A stretch of DNA of 64,000 nucleotides from Phoronis australis (lineage: Eukaryota > Animalia > Phoronida), in the NCBI GenBank assembly GCA_002633005.1, contig NMRA01000034.1, positions 142,136 through 206,135 of the forward strand, written 5' to 3'. The notes under the pieces were generated by a model. That model ran no database searches. It was not told the DNA's origin and saw nothing but the letters and a program-made list of their open reading frames with translations. Of the stretch, positions 1-14,100 are shown piece by piece (the first letter of the stretch is position 1; the number at the start of each line of letters is the position of its first letter). Position numbers and translations under genes: made by a program.

Positions 1-46
<46 letters not shown>
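1..46. repeat. (AC)n microsatellite, truncated by the window start
   Basis: Pure AC dinucleotide run. Confidence 0.97.
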
Positions 47-49
<3 letters not shown>

Positions 50-771
50 CCGTTTTGGATCAACAGGTTCTTCGTGAAGGAAGTTTTCAAGTTTGCCTGT
101 CTCCTTTAAGAAAACGGGCACTCAGGCTATTCTATTTGTTGCCATGCACTATTTTGTATAGGCATGTAACAGTCCCATCCAGTAGGTTGCTCCTTAGCGG
201 CTCATAAAAAAGCTGATTATCGCCTATTACAGTTTTCCGTTTAGCGTGCTACTCCTCAAATAAAGTAGTTCGACACGATCGAATGGGCGATAAGCGTCGT
301 CTTAAAGGCTATTGACATCTAATTTGGTCACCGTGTGTTATTTCTATTTGTCGTAATGACGCAGCTCAGATGCGTACTAAAAGAATAAGTCATGTGGCAT
401 TGTTAAATGATTATGATCAGCGTTTAATTGTAAATCATCCGCCGTAATGTTTATGTTTAAGGTTTATGCATTTCGAAAACTTTTCGCCAATATGTACAGG
501 CCGCGAGAGATGTCTACTACAGTCTATGGCCGGATAATTCAGTACACTGGAAATGGGTCTTGCTCACACTGAGCAAAAAACACTGCCTCCTCGCCGGGAT
601 TATGGCGCCGCTCTCCCCTTGATCCAGGACAGTGATAGCCGCTGAGAAGAAGGTTAGCAGCGGTGAAAAATTTCACATATCTTTAGAAATGCACATTTTC
701 CTAATAAGCGAATTATTCACGGCATGGACTCTCAGTTTTTCTGAGGCTGTTCACTTTGTTCTTGCGGCTGA

Positions 772-1141
772 CTGACTGACTTAGTTATCCCTACACATGC
801 AGGCTGCGGCCGAATCCGAATTTCAACCTTATTTTCATTTAGGTCGAGTTCTTTACATCCATTTAGAAAAAAATCTTATACTGATGAAGATATTTTTTGT
901 TAACATATTGAGGGTATTGTTCGAGCAGTCTGGAAAACCTGTGCCCTCTGCTCCCCGCATACTGCACAAGAAAAGAAAATGTGAGCATTTGCCTGAGTGA
1001 CTCCACAATTAAGACAGGACCGTACCGATCGAGGTGAAATATTATTAAAATTATGTCTAAATTTGCATGTTGTTGTTTAGGAGTGACTGACTTAGTCATA
1101 CCTGTATACTTTACTCAGGCTGCGGCCGAATCCGAATTTCA
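772..1141 (+). repeat. Pair of ~60-bp direct repeats (772-832 and 1084-1141)
   Basis: TGACTGACTTAGT...CAGGCTGCGGCCGAATCCGAATTTCA occurs twice. Confidence 0.75.
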
Positions 1142-1658
1142 GACCCGGCCCCCGGCCCCAGAGTCAACAGAGTAGCTGCCTTCTCTGTGACTCAGTGGGC
1201 CCTGCTACGCCAGGCGTAAGGAAACATGCATAGGTGGGGCAGTGGCAGACTAAAGTTTTCAGTAAAAGGGAGATGGTAAAGGATTCACGCGAATCCCGAC
1301 CCGTATAAGATTTTTTGGTTTTTGTAGCTGATTTCGTTTTCCAGGCAACGTTTTTTTAATTTTTATTTTGATCCTGTGTTTCGGCGGGGGGCGTTCCTGA
1401 AACCCTCCCGTAGATCAGCCTCTGTGGGGCTCCCAATTTGTGTTGTTCCCTAAGTTTTAGCTTGGCGACAGTTAGATCGTCGGCACTGGTTGTTTCCATC
1501 CAAGGGGCATTGTCCGAATCGACATCTAATACAAAAGACCGGTCATTGCCAGGTGAGCATGGTCCGAATCTACTGTACACTTTGCACCGAGAACGTCGGA
1601 AGGTGGCGCTTTCGTTGTCGGTCAGTTAAACCAATTTTGATTCGTCAGTTTCTTGTAG

Positions 1659-1765
1659 ATGGCTCGAAAAATAGCAAATCAATATCATCGAAACATATCT
1701 TTGAATCGTCAAGAGTTTCTTGGAAAAACTGGGAAATCCCAAGCATTGACTAATAAATGGAAAGT
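1659..1765 (+). CDS. Possible upstream coding exon of the PARP-UBA gene (MARKIANQYHRNISLNRQEFLGKTGKSQALTNKWKV)
   Basis: Acceptor tttcttgtag immediately before ATG 1659, open frame, donor GTAAGT at 1766. Its phase 2 matches the acceptor at 5126/5127. No recognisable homology, so it could be chance. Confidence 0.25.
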
Positions 1766-1959
1766 GTAAGTGAATTCAATTCTTGCAGATCTCAGTAAGT
1801 AGTGAGTGACACATGGCAACAAACAAGAACACTTTCAGGTATTGATGGCTTGGTTGCGCATCTTATGTAGTTCATTAGGGGGTTCTCCCGACTTTACCAG
1901 ACCGAGCGGTTTTAGACATTGACAACCGACTCAAGCTGGCCAGTACTCAGTAGAGTCTA

Positions 1960-2135
1960 GAGGCGGTGAAGCTTCCTATAGGAACTTTATACGCCAGACG
2001 TTTTTCGACGAATTATGCCTCACACTGATTATAAAATCTTTTAATTCCTTCCAACTAGAACAATTACTCCCGTTATCAAAGTTTTTCTTCGAGCAGTCCT
2101 TTGTCTTTGTTCAACTTTCCCAAAATCGGAAACAG
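1960..2135 (+). mobile_element. Fragment of the repeat family that forms the arms of the 29452-30348 element
   Basis: Shares CGAATTATGCCTC...TTTAATTCCTTCCAACT...TTTTTCTTCGAGCAGTCC...TTCCCAAAATCG with 29520-29710. Confidence 0.7.
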
Positions 2136-2353
2136 GCCATTCAATTTTTACACTACACAGCACACGCCATGGGATATAGCCTAGGAGCTTCACCATCTGT
2201 AGTTCAACTACAGACAGTGGGATGGTCACTGTTTAAGAGCGGTTGTGAATGTGTGATAACTTCTTTGTTAACTGCTGAGCACAGTCGTTTGTCTGCATGG
2301 TAATACAACACTAGGTTTCAAAGGGTTACGGAAGTCAAGTAGAATACTTTTGA

Positions 2354-3861
2354 CAGGGCTCGACATAACGAGCTGCAGGTCGCATTTGCAACTTGAAATT
2401 TGGAAATACGTGCTGTGATTTTTGTCAGCTCGTATGAAGTCGCAAAATGCGACCTGAAATTTCCAACGTATGTGAGCTGAGTTTTTACACTTCTCGGCAG
2501 ATACCTGGCAAATATAAGGCAACTTTTGTGAATCCGACCGTTATTTTGCTGTTGCTAAATCAAGTTCAAAAGAACACTAACGGATAACACCGATGTTTGA
2601 CGCTTTTTATTGGCTAACACTTTCGGCTAATTTTGCAGATTTCCGGATGTGCCGAAGAAAGTTTCGGACCACGGCATAACATATGTGATAAAATGTCACA
2701 AAACAGCGGTGCTTCCACAAATTTTTAAACCATCAACTTACCAAACTTTGTGGTGGAGAAAACATTTAGTTTTCACGTACGATGTTCTTATTATCGTATA
2801 TCCACTACAATAATCCTTGATGATCGCACTGCAACACTGGTCGGTCTCGTGGTTAGCGTGCGCAAACCTGAAAATGACAACCCTAGTAATCGCCGAACAA
2901 CGGTCACATCTTTATTTTCAGCAAAGTATTTTTTGAGTCGCCGAGAAATTCTCAAGCCCTTGACTTGTTTCTGGGGCTACGTGCTCAACATATGAATCAT
3001 CTGTCACATGTTGTCGCCAACAACGTAAAGTGTAGGCCAAAGCATCTTCAGTTCTATAGAAAGAGTATACCGGCTTGTCTCTGTTAAGCACCGGGGTGCC
3101 AATGATTGATTTGACAATGAACTTAATAGATTCCCAGCAGTTATAAAAAACCCGATGCTTTACGATATTCCCCGGGTCCAATTTAGCCAGCTATTACAAC
3201 TAAACGAGTAAACGCGAAAATGTGGTTAGCGAACTTTTTGTTCTCTTCATGCACCCTCCCCCCACCACAAATTTTTTGCTCCCCGGACCTCGCCGTAAAA
3301 TTTTCAGACTCCAATAGAACGAATCTTATAACGACTGAAGCGGGCAATTAAAAAGCAAAATTATTCCGGGTGGCTGCGAACAAAAAGTGGAGGTATAAAT
3401 ACACTCATAGTTACTTTGGTTCTTTGACGACTTTGATGACAGTCATATAGCAGGTCCGACCTAACAAAATCACGGATACTTTTTCAGCGAGTATTTTCTC
3501 TCTATTCGCATTGCAAACTTAGCTACTCCAATGCATGATGTATAGGGTTAGAGAGCACGGATTCAACTTTCATATTGCAACTAGCCTTGCACTCTAGAGA
3601 CTTTCAATGGCAGTCAAGAAGAACAGTTATAAGGTCGTACCTGCATGTAAGAATTCAATTTTGCAACCTGAAATTTGTGAGTATTTAACACCGCAGGTAA
3701 GAGCATAATCTAAACATTTTCTCGATGATCTAAAAAATCAAAAATGCGGAAAATTTTACGACCTGGCATTTATGAATGCGAGCTGGATTTTGAAAATGCG
3801 ACCTGGGATTTTGGCTAGGTCACAAAATGCAACCTGGTGATTTTCATAGTGTCAAGCCCCG
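2354..3861. mobile_element. Degenerate non-autonomous TIR element with CAGGG termini (hAT-like)
   Basis: Left end CAGGGCTCGACA, right end TGTCAAGCCCCG, subterminal AAAATGCGACCTG repeats near both ends, flanks tttga/ttgga (imperfect 5-bp TSD). Confidence 0.5.
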
Positions 3862-5133
3862 TTGGACATCAGGTAACAGAACAACAATGAATAAATGGTG
3901 GTAGCCGAGGCCACGTTTTCTCGAGTCTGCTTGTCAATAACCATTTTATCGGCAATGGGACTTGTTCCATGAAAGATTTACCTTCAGTTGGGAGTGAACT
4001 CAAGCTAGCAAGTAACTCTGAGAAATTAGGTGCTCTCGAGCTGGTAAAGAAAAGCTGCTCCATCCGCTCGTTTTGAACGAAGTTTTGCTGTGCGGCTTTT
4101 GAGGATCACTAGATCTGGATTCATCCAAAAATGTATGCATTATTGATGAACGGATCCCAGAGGCCGTTTCATTAAAAGCCGTAGTTCTGTCGTAACTGGT
4201 CCTATGAGTAGGGTGGTCGAATTCGATCATTTTGTTTTTGGATCAGTGATTTTATCGTGCTGAATGCATGTTCAAGTTTAAAATTTTTTAACTTGTGTGA
4301 AAATTTAATTTGTGAAATAAAACCCACATTAATAGATCTTGAAACACTCGGTATCCTAATTCCCAAAGTTTACATAGACTTCAACTGCATTTTCATACTC
4401 CATGGGACGTTTGCTTTCGACCTTGAGTTCAAAATTCATGCCAAGCAAAATGGACGGCACTGGCAAGTGTTCAAGTTTGCCGTCATTACGCACATAGGAT
4501 AGACCCTATCAAGGGGTGTGAAGGTTATTTTTACATGAAAATAAGGTCAAATTTTAGGAATCCGGACATAGAGTTTTATTTATTTTTCTTGCTTTAAATC
4601 ATATCTTTGTAACGTTTTAAATTAAGTTGGAAATTTCTACATCAGAAAAAAGAAAATAAAAATCCTCCGTCTCGTTTTAGAAGCTCCGGCACTCTCACAC
4701 ATAGTGTGAGTGTGAGCACCTGTGTTTTTACAGGAATAAAGTGAAAATAAGCTAAACAGCCCTGAAAGTTTTATATGAATATGATCACCCATATTTGAGA
4801 TATGATGTTCCGAAGACAGCCGAATTTGGCCATTTTCATAGGGTCGTCTTAAAATAAAATAAACTACACCATGCTTTTGATATGGAGAATACCAGCACAC
4901 CCCTGTGGCTAAAGTAGGAACTATGAAATTGTACCTTGAGACTTGAACTGTATAGATGTGAATGCGAGAGATTTTAATTTCTAGGTGCGAGCCTGTTAGC
5001 ATTGTGTATTGCTGTCCAAGTCACTGCCTTCTTAATGTTAGCTCCAGGGCAGTGTTTCATCATTACATACTGACCTATTGTATTGGCTGTTATAAACGAT
5101 GTTCTTATTCTCAAATTTTTTTTCAGTTCGTTG

Positions 5134-8100
5134 ATGCAGATGTGGGAAGTTAATGGCCCAATTTCTGCCCATCGTCATGGTGATATCAGTTCCAACAATG
5201 CGAACCATAAAGATCGTGACACCGCCCTCCCAGGAGGCTACAAAGTAATGCACCACAATTACAGTGAAGTTAATGCAAACAGACTGAAGAAGAAAAACAA
5301 TTCCCTGGCAAGGGATAACTCATTGCTGAATATTTCTGTGTACAAAGCAGATAACGTGGCAAAATCTCTTGCCAGAAAGACACCAAAAGGTACTAAGGAA
5401 CCTAGAAGAAATAGAACCATGTCCTTCGACTTTCCTTGTCGTATGCAGCCATTTACATTGAATAGCCAAGGTATACCAACTAACTGGATGTACAGCATTG
5501 CAGAAGATGCTGGTCTTTATGAACTATGTGAACTTAGCGAGCCTGATTTTGAATATCAGGTGATAAAAAGCGAACTGAAGGATGCAGGGCTTAAAGTTGT
5601 TAGAATTGAACGAGTACAGAATCATGTACTTTTGGACACATATAAACACCAGATGTCACACCTAGGCAATCATAGACCCCCAGGTGAGTGAGATGAGTGT
5701 ACCTTTAAACTTTGGTTGATTCATGATTCAAACTTTTCATCTGAATCCTAATGTTATTTGAGAGATCAGAGATTAATCATGGAAAGATGACCTAATTGTT
5801 ATGGTAATATTTTGATCACATGCTCGGATGTGTGGCGTCTTCTACCATGTCGCCCAACAAAGTCGCAGGTAGCATTGGCGAGGCTACCAAATCAAGCGAT
5901 GACGTAACTGCACTATGTTGCTGTTGCATTTAATATAGCGGTGTAGTAGAAAAACGAATATTCATGTCATCGACCCATTAGATAGAATATGAGTTATGAA
6001 AAGTTACCTGTCCGAGTCACGACTTTCCATTACTCATAGTGTTGCGATGTTGTTTTTTTTTTTCAAGGCTACCAACTGAATGAGAGATATTTATACCATG
6101 GTACAACAGCTAAGAAAGAACAGATTTGTGAAGAAGGTCTTGACATGAGACTTAGTAGAGTGGGTCGCTTTGGAAGGGGGACTTACTTCAGGTAATAACT
6201 TAGAAGTTACTAGTGCGTAAACACTAAAATGAGCCATTCTGTGTGTTTGTTTGATACTGTAGGGCTGCATGGAATCAAAAACAAAAACGAAGCTGCATTT
6301 TATGCACTCATTTAAATGTATTTCACACACAAACACACACAAGCACACACACTCATTTATATGTAGGTGCATTGGTGCATTATTACAGTGTTTGAACAAA
6401 AACCAGTACTCTGTGGTTGAAATAACATATATTTAGCACTAGAGTCTATGCCCAACAGGGATATGGAAAAATTGATCTTCTTTAATTTTTTTGTGGTTTT
6501 TATTTAAAGTACATATCCTAAGTTTTTTTGGTACTTTGAGAAGTGAACATTTCCCTATGTCTGAACTGACACATTAATTGTTTTTATTCATTGCAACTTG
6601 AGCTTCCGCGTGCAATGCACAACGTGCTTATAACAGATGAATTACTGTATGCACTGTTCTTTCAAAATTCGTCAATGGATATTTTCTAACCTTTGGCTTA
6701 AGAAAAAAGCCAAAACAAATTTTATTGCAATATATGGATGGTCAGATTTCATTGATATTTGGTACATGATCCAATAAGAACGAGAGTTAAGTGTTTTAAA
6801 ATGAAACAGCGACACTGTGGTCTGATCTCAGCACCCCTTTGTGGCTGAATGACTGGGTGTCACAACTCTGATCATATGCCTGGTAGTAAAAAATGTATAG
6901 CTATCAACTATTTGTCATAGAAGTCCTCTGAAGAAATTAAGAAATTCAAAAAAACATTCAAAGTATGTTTAATTCATTTGGCCTTGCATTTCAGTGACAA
7001 TCCTCTAAAGTGTATCAAGTATACAAAATCTCCAGATGGAGGCAGTCAACTGTTCATTCTCAAGTGCCGTGTGTTGTTGGGCGACATGAAGAAATACCCA
7101 CCGGGCCAATCAGATCCCAGTCTGAAACGGGAACCTCAGAAAGAGGTAGTTACCGACAGCTGGAAATATTACGATTCTGTCAAGGTAATGTTTTCTGGTG
7201 AATATGTTTTTGTTTCAAGCTGTTGTTCCTGGTATGTTTATAGCCTGTTAAAAGTGACTGCCCGAACTAAAAGAGTTTACTTAGCCATTAGGCGCATTAA
7301 CGTCAAATTAGTCCCAGCTAGGTTTCAGTTTGAAAATGATGCTATTGGTCAACTGTTCATATCATAGCCAAGTAGTTACGACACAAAGTGCGGTGTTGGG
7401 AGTAATTATGGAATTCTGTTAAAACATACCATTCTACTGAGCTGCATGTAATCTGATTGACAGTGAATTCTGCTTGCACACAACTGTCATGATGGAGAAT
7501 TCGCTTGCACTTAGCCACCATGACAGGGAATTATGCTTACGCTCAGACGTCATGGCAAGAATTTCCGAGTCATAGTTTCTCATTATTTTTGCCATTTACT
7601 GTAATTCGGATATCTAAACGTACCCGTTTCTCATAGTGTGCGGTGTTCTCCATCACCTGTTTCGACATCTCACACCTGTTTACCGGCACTCGCGAAGCGT
7701 TTTAATGATTTGCGACCTGTTTGAGAGAATCGTGAACAGCTTGGAAAACAACGATGTCTTTCCTGCTTTGAATTTGGCTAGCTGATCATAATAATCCATT
7801 GAGAAACATCTGGTAAAGGAACAAGTAAATGTGCACTTAAGGTAGCGCAACTCAAACTACATTTTGTCGTGCAAAGAATATCAGCTGCTACGCCTTTCCG
7901 CGCATTTGTTCATGTTCATGTAGTTTCGACTTATTCAGGTTTTAACGTTTCAAGAACACTGGAGTATTATAAGAAATGTTTTCCGAGAAGTAAATTGTTA
8001 TGATGTTGAATTGCTGTTACGATCAGTTTAACCTGATTTACATGCTAGTTATTTTTGAGAGAGTGAATGTTTTAGTCAGGAGTTCATTTTTAAAAAAATC

Positions 8101-11100
8101 CATATTAAGATTCCTTGAAACATGCCTAACTTCTGTTCCGACAGTGTGGTACAAAACTCTTGATCCAATAGATTGTCTGCATCATTCTTTTAGAGACAAT
8201 AGACTCCATTTTAATGGTTCAATAAGTGATTGTATTATGTTTTGTTACATTTTATTTTAATTGAATACAGGGTCAGCCGAAAGACTATAACGAATATGTT
8301 GTCTACCAGAACAGCAGAGTACTAGTGGAATATATCGTGTACATTGAAGACCCTGGGATCACCACTGTTCCATCTGAGGTAAGTGGCAAGCTTTAACATA
8401 AAAAAGATGAGACACTGTTAATATTTAGGCATTCATTAAAAGCCGATATTCATTCAGAGGGTGCGTCTTAAACTAGGTTGGTATTTCGCAAAACAACGAA
8501 TTGGCAGAATTATGTTTTCTATTTTTTTAAAAACTGATTGTTTTACTGCAAACAAATTGAATGTGAAATTTACCAAAAGTTATTTTATGACATCTACACA
8601 ATGCAAACCATGCTAGTAATGGACTAAAATTTTCTTAATCATTATTTTTGTGGAGAAATTTGACAAAAGAAAGTTTCAATTGTTGGCCATATTTTGTGCT
8701 AAATAAGTGTAGAATTATGGTAATTACATGCATATCGATGTGACTTTGATGTAAAAAATATTGAAAGTTAACTTTTAATTATTGTTTGACAAATTTTGAA
8801 CTGCATTATGGTCATTATTTGACTCTGATTAAAGTATATAATTGTCAAATTTCCGAAACATGCAGGAAATTTGCCACATGATATCCAAGAGGCCAGCAAT
8901 ATGTCACTGGTAGTATCATGGGACTGTTGGTACACATTTTCCTTTCCTTCAGGTGGACGTGGTCAGTGCAGAAAGCGAATCAAAGTCAAGGCCTCGTTCC
9001 AACAGTCGAGGTTCTGTTGATTCTTTTGAAGGTCGAAGTTCAAGCCCTTATGGTCGTACAAGATCACGTAGCAACAGTGTTTCATCCCAAGTGTCTGACA
9101 GCTTGAATTATTCTTTAGAAGAAAAACATCCTGAACTGGAAGAGATTGATGGTTTGAAATTAACAGGGGATTCAGAATCAATTCCTCATGATATTGGCAA
9201 TGTCAGAGAGCAAGAACATACTCACAGGCTTCACCAGGTATGGGTATATTTGGCAGTTGAATTCCTTTTTCAACAGTGCCAAGTTTTCTCCGGAGACTAG
9301 TGACCTGAGTTTTACTCACTACGGTAGGGTACAATCAGCCTTGGGTGGTGTCAGCACTTCAGGTTTTGAGCCCGATCCTTCAGAGAGAGATCATTAATAT
9401 TTGTGGCAGATGTCCAATTTGATTATGGCTTACTGTCCACTGTTGAATTTTAAATTTGCGCTTTCACAGATGCATCAAAGTTTATTTTGCCTTTGTCTGA
9501 AGGAGATATCTTCCAGCAACTGCGAATGAAAAAAATCGCTCAACTATGACAGGAGTTACATTGATGTGATGAGTGAGTCACAGAACTACAAACAATTCAT
9601 TCTGCTTGTAAACTCATTTTCTGGAGAAACTTGACACCGTAGGTGTTTACTTTGTGTAAGTGAATTAGGCACAACACCATGATCCAGACAGAATTTGTGT
9701 AACTCAAAGTATAACTCTTGGCTGGATGTTGGTGTAAATTTTCCAACTTGTTCACTAAGGGCTGTTCCAGTAAAATCCGTGTGGGAGGGGGGGGGACAGC
9801 AGTAGAATTAAAAATTCATGGGTGGTGGTCTTCAGAAAAAACTCAAATTATGGGTGGTCGTTCCTGTAAGAAGTGATGCATTAAAAATGGGTGGTATTTT
9901 TTGACCTGTTAATGTGGATAGGTTGGTTACTTCAGCCGTAAAAACTCAAAAAAATGTAACTGTCCTAACTTATCCAAATACAAAAAAGCCCATATTGCCA
10001 GTGAACAGAGTGCAATATGTTCACTAAGCCATTAATCAAGTCATGGGCAACTTGATTTGAGGCAACTGTTTGTCTGCAGTCCTATTGAATTGAAAAGTTA
10101 TGCAACACTGAACTGGTGTCAACACATATAAGAAAATTGATGATTTTTAAATAAAAAGTATGAGGAGTAAGATAAACAAGTTCCAATATTCACTTGACAT
10201 AGAAGTATAGAAGAGTTCGTGGAGACAGTTTGAGATTCATAGATCCTTATAAATGAAAAAATGTTCATTGAAATTATAGACACATGGTGAACAGAGACAC
10301 CTGGTGGCTGCCAAAAGTATTGCTCACAGGCTACTTTAGTTTTTGACAATATTGGACAAGACAACTAGTTCTTGTCTGTCAGTCATCTAAGTTCTTAACA
10401 GGTCCTCCTGGAGGCAATTTGTTTGCAAGTGTTGGATTTTATATTTTAACCTATTAAAAATAATTAAATAATTATGGGTCATGGGTTGGAGAAAAAAACG
10501 GAAAATACGGGCGGTGGGTACAAAATAAAAGTGCCTTCCCCCCCTCCCATACAGATTTTGCTGGAACAGCCCTAAGTCACACTTCCAGTTTGAAGAACTG
10601 TTAATTTTGATTAATTTCATTTTTTAATGGAAATGTTTCAAAATACCTTTATATTACTGAGTTCTTAATGCATATGCATCTTCAAATATGTAATGTTCCC
10701 TTTGTTTTGTTACAGTTTCACACTACCATAGAAACCCTGACGTTGCCAGGTCCTAAAGTCCTTGAGTTACAAAGTGCTTTTGAAAAAACGTATGGCAAAA
10801 AAGAGGACGAGGCAAATGCAGGTAACAAGTGGTTATAAACTCTCGTTCTGCCCATGAAGCGAACTTTCAGTTTAGACCATTAACCGCAATACAATTGGTC
10901 TCAACTTGCAACTTGTTTAGCAAAGGACTGACTCATATCTTTAGACCATGTTTGGCACATGAAAGAAGTGAAGTGACAAGCCAACTTATAGAGCTTGATC
11001 TCAAGCAGTAACGAGCTGTCAGTTCTTTTGGACTAAAAGGTACAACTTCAGGCCAGTGGCGTAACTGTTAGTGGTCTAAATCAATATTAAATTTTTTTGA

Positions 11101-14100
11101 TGGAAGATGAGATTTATGTAGTCATCATTAATAATTGATTCAACGTTTTGACAATCACGTTGGTTGGATAAACTACGTTTTCATGGCTCAAATCGTCTGA
11201 ATGCACTTCTCCATGTTCTTGAATTTAGTATTTGTTACATAAGGTCTTTTTCAAGTACCTATGTGCACTAATTGTCTATCGAAACCTATCGTGGCAAATC
11301 ATCAACTCTTTTCTTTTATTCCTGTAGTGTTACTGGCTGATGAGACCTTGATAACCATTTCCCTAAAATAACTGCCGCTATAGTGGCAATTTTTCTAGTT
11401 TTTCATGTTGACCTCAGTATCTATTAAGGAGTCTGTGTTGCCTTCCCATTTTTGGATGGATTCGACTTGTGTTGTGCCACCTTGTGGCCATCATTTATTT
11501 TTGGCTCAATATGGATTGTTTAATGAAATGTGGCAGACATGTTCCTACTGAGAATCTCAACTCGACTATTGCTGGGCAATTTTTTGAGAATTGCTTTCGT
11601 ATCTTGGAGTTCCTTGAGGATGACACATTCTCATTTTCAGATGGATTTGATGTTTGATTCTGTGCCATCTTTGTGGCCATTGTCTTTGAGTCTGCTTTTT
11701 GGCATCCACCTTTCTATATGCCAAACCGCTCAAAGGATTGTTATGAAAACTGGCAGATTTTTTCCTTCTGAGAGGAGCACCACTGACATTTTGGATGTGC
11801 TTGAGTACTCTAGCACCCTGTAGTGGAAACTTAAAATGATTGTGTTTTTGTATATGGCTCAATATTTGCAGAGATCTTTGATGGGATTTGGTATGTATTC
11901 ATAATTGAGGCGAGCACATTATAATGCGAGTAAATTTTGGATGGCTATAAAAACTGGTACATTTGTTCCAATTTCGAGAAGAGCATGTATGGCTGACATT
12001 GATTTTTGGACAGGTTCGACTATTGTAGTGCCTCATAGTGACAATTTTGTTTTTTGTATGTGGCTCAATATCTGCCGTGTTCTTTTAATGGAATTTGGTG
12101 TGTATTCATAATTGTGGAGAGCACAACTCACCTAAATTTTGGGACAAATGGGAGTACTGTGTAGTCCGCTAGTGGCAATTTTAATTTGTTAAGCCTTTCC
12201 TGTGATATCTACCTTAATTGGTGGATATTTATGGAATTTGGCTTATAACAAGAAGACGGAACCTCCCACGTTTGAAATGTATTTCACTTATGGTGTGCCC
12301 CCTAGTGGCATTTTTACTTTTCTGTCTTGTTGTCTGAATGAAAGGTGGCAGTTGTGTTTCTATTGATTTCAGCATAGTTGACATTGATTTTTGAACAGAT
12401 CTAACTGCTGTGGCACCGCCTAATGGTAGTTGTAGTTTTTGTTATCTGCCTCAATACTGTTCTTTGATGTATCTTTATGAAATTTTGATTGATGCATTTT
12501 GTTGGGGAGAGCAAGCACAGGCACCGTTGATTTTCGAATTGATCTGTCTACTATCTGGCTCTGACACTTATGGCAAATTAAATTGCCTGTGCCTCATCTA
12601 CTGAGTTTGATGAAACCAATTTTTGGACATGCTTTGTGACACCAGAGGCTACTTTAAGTTCGGCCTTATTGACAAGTCTGTCGTTAGCTAGCTCAGTAAA
12701 AGTGTAACAATTAGTACATACAGCATATTATCTGAAAATTTCATATGAATACAGTCAGTCATTTTTGAGATATGATGTTCAAGAGTTTGGCCATTTTCTA
12801 GTGTCCTACACAACCTTGAATAAACTAGGCAGTGTTGCTCCCTTTACTGAGTTTGTTTAAAGTAATGATCGTCCCTTGTAACTTTGCTCTACGCTATGCG
12901 CATATCTACTGTCTGTGTTGCACTTTTTTAATTTAGGTATTGTTCATAATTATTTATGTTTGCAATAAACTGTTACCAGTCAATGAAAAGAATCTGATGT
13001 AAAACAGCCACTTAGAAATATTTGCTTTAATTGGTAAATTCAAAATTTTTTTTGCAAATGACTTCTTGTTGGCTACATATCCATGATATTCTGAAAAATG
13101 GTGCATAACCTGCAGTAGGAGAGGGGCTGGCAATCAATGTACAGTTTTGACCTGCACTAGGAGAGGGGCTGGCAGTCAGTGTACACTTTTGAAATGTTCT
13201 AAAATGTTGGTAGAAATAATGAACATGGAGAGGAAAATCAACTATTGTGGCTGAACACTTAGTGGTGAAGGAAGGGAGGGTGGGCCATGTCAAGAAAAGT
13301 TGGTTCTGTATGCTTCTCAGAATGCCCGAAATACTTATGGACCACCCTTTAATGTTTTGTTTTAAGCTAGCTGCTATAAATTACCTGCAGTCTGTCCTTG
13401 AATGAATTTGTAATTTTATCACAGACTCGGGATGGCTATAAAACTGGTCTCAGCTTGTTTTTTTACTCTGCTTGGAAAATGATTAATCGTTATTCCTGGA
13501 GTCCATGCTTTACCCATAAAATGATCTGCCATGACAAACCAATGTCTTGAGCTTAGTCTCAAGATATGACATGTTAGTTCTTTCCCAGCCCAAAAATATC
13601 CCATATCTGAGGCGGAAACCAATGTACAGAAGACAATTTCATAACGTTGTACATGGTCATAAACAAAAAGTTATTGTTAGCAGAAGGTAGGTTTACGTAG
13701 CAGTTTCAATGAGATAAGCTGATAATTACACATAACATCTCGGTTTAACACCCAATTTATATTCCAGCAGGGTTCTCATCATCATCAGACAAAGTGATGT
13801 CAAACCCGGAAGAGTCGTATTACACTAGTAAAGTTCTGTCTCAGTTAATCAGCGAGTTCATGATGGTGACAAACACAGATAACCCCAGTAAAGCCAAATT
13901 GTATCTGCAGAAGGCTTCACAGGATTTAAATCATGCCATTGTTTTATATTACGAGGACCTCTGAGGATACGATCATGGCAGAGGACGCCGTACTCGGCTT
14001 CGTCTACCCTGATGTCATGGATGGTTGACACTTGTCGGCGATGCCCAAGTTGTGCTCTTTATTTTGCAGTTGAGAGTCCATTTAATGACAAAGAATATGC

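Noticed and set aside
13962-13964. TGA as possible selenocysteine or readthrough codon joining the two UBA domains
   Set aside because: The context is TGA-G, a second in-frame TGA follows after 15 codons, UBA-B is in another frame, and I could not see a SECIS element.
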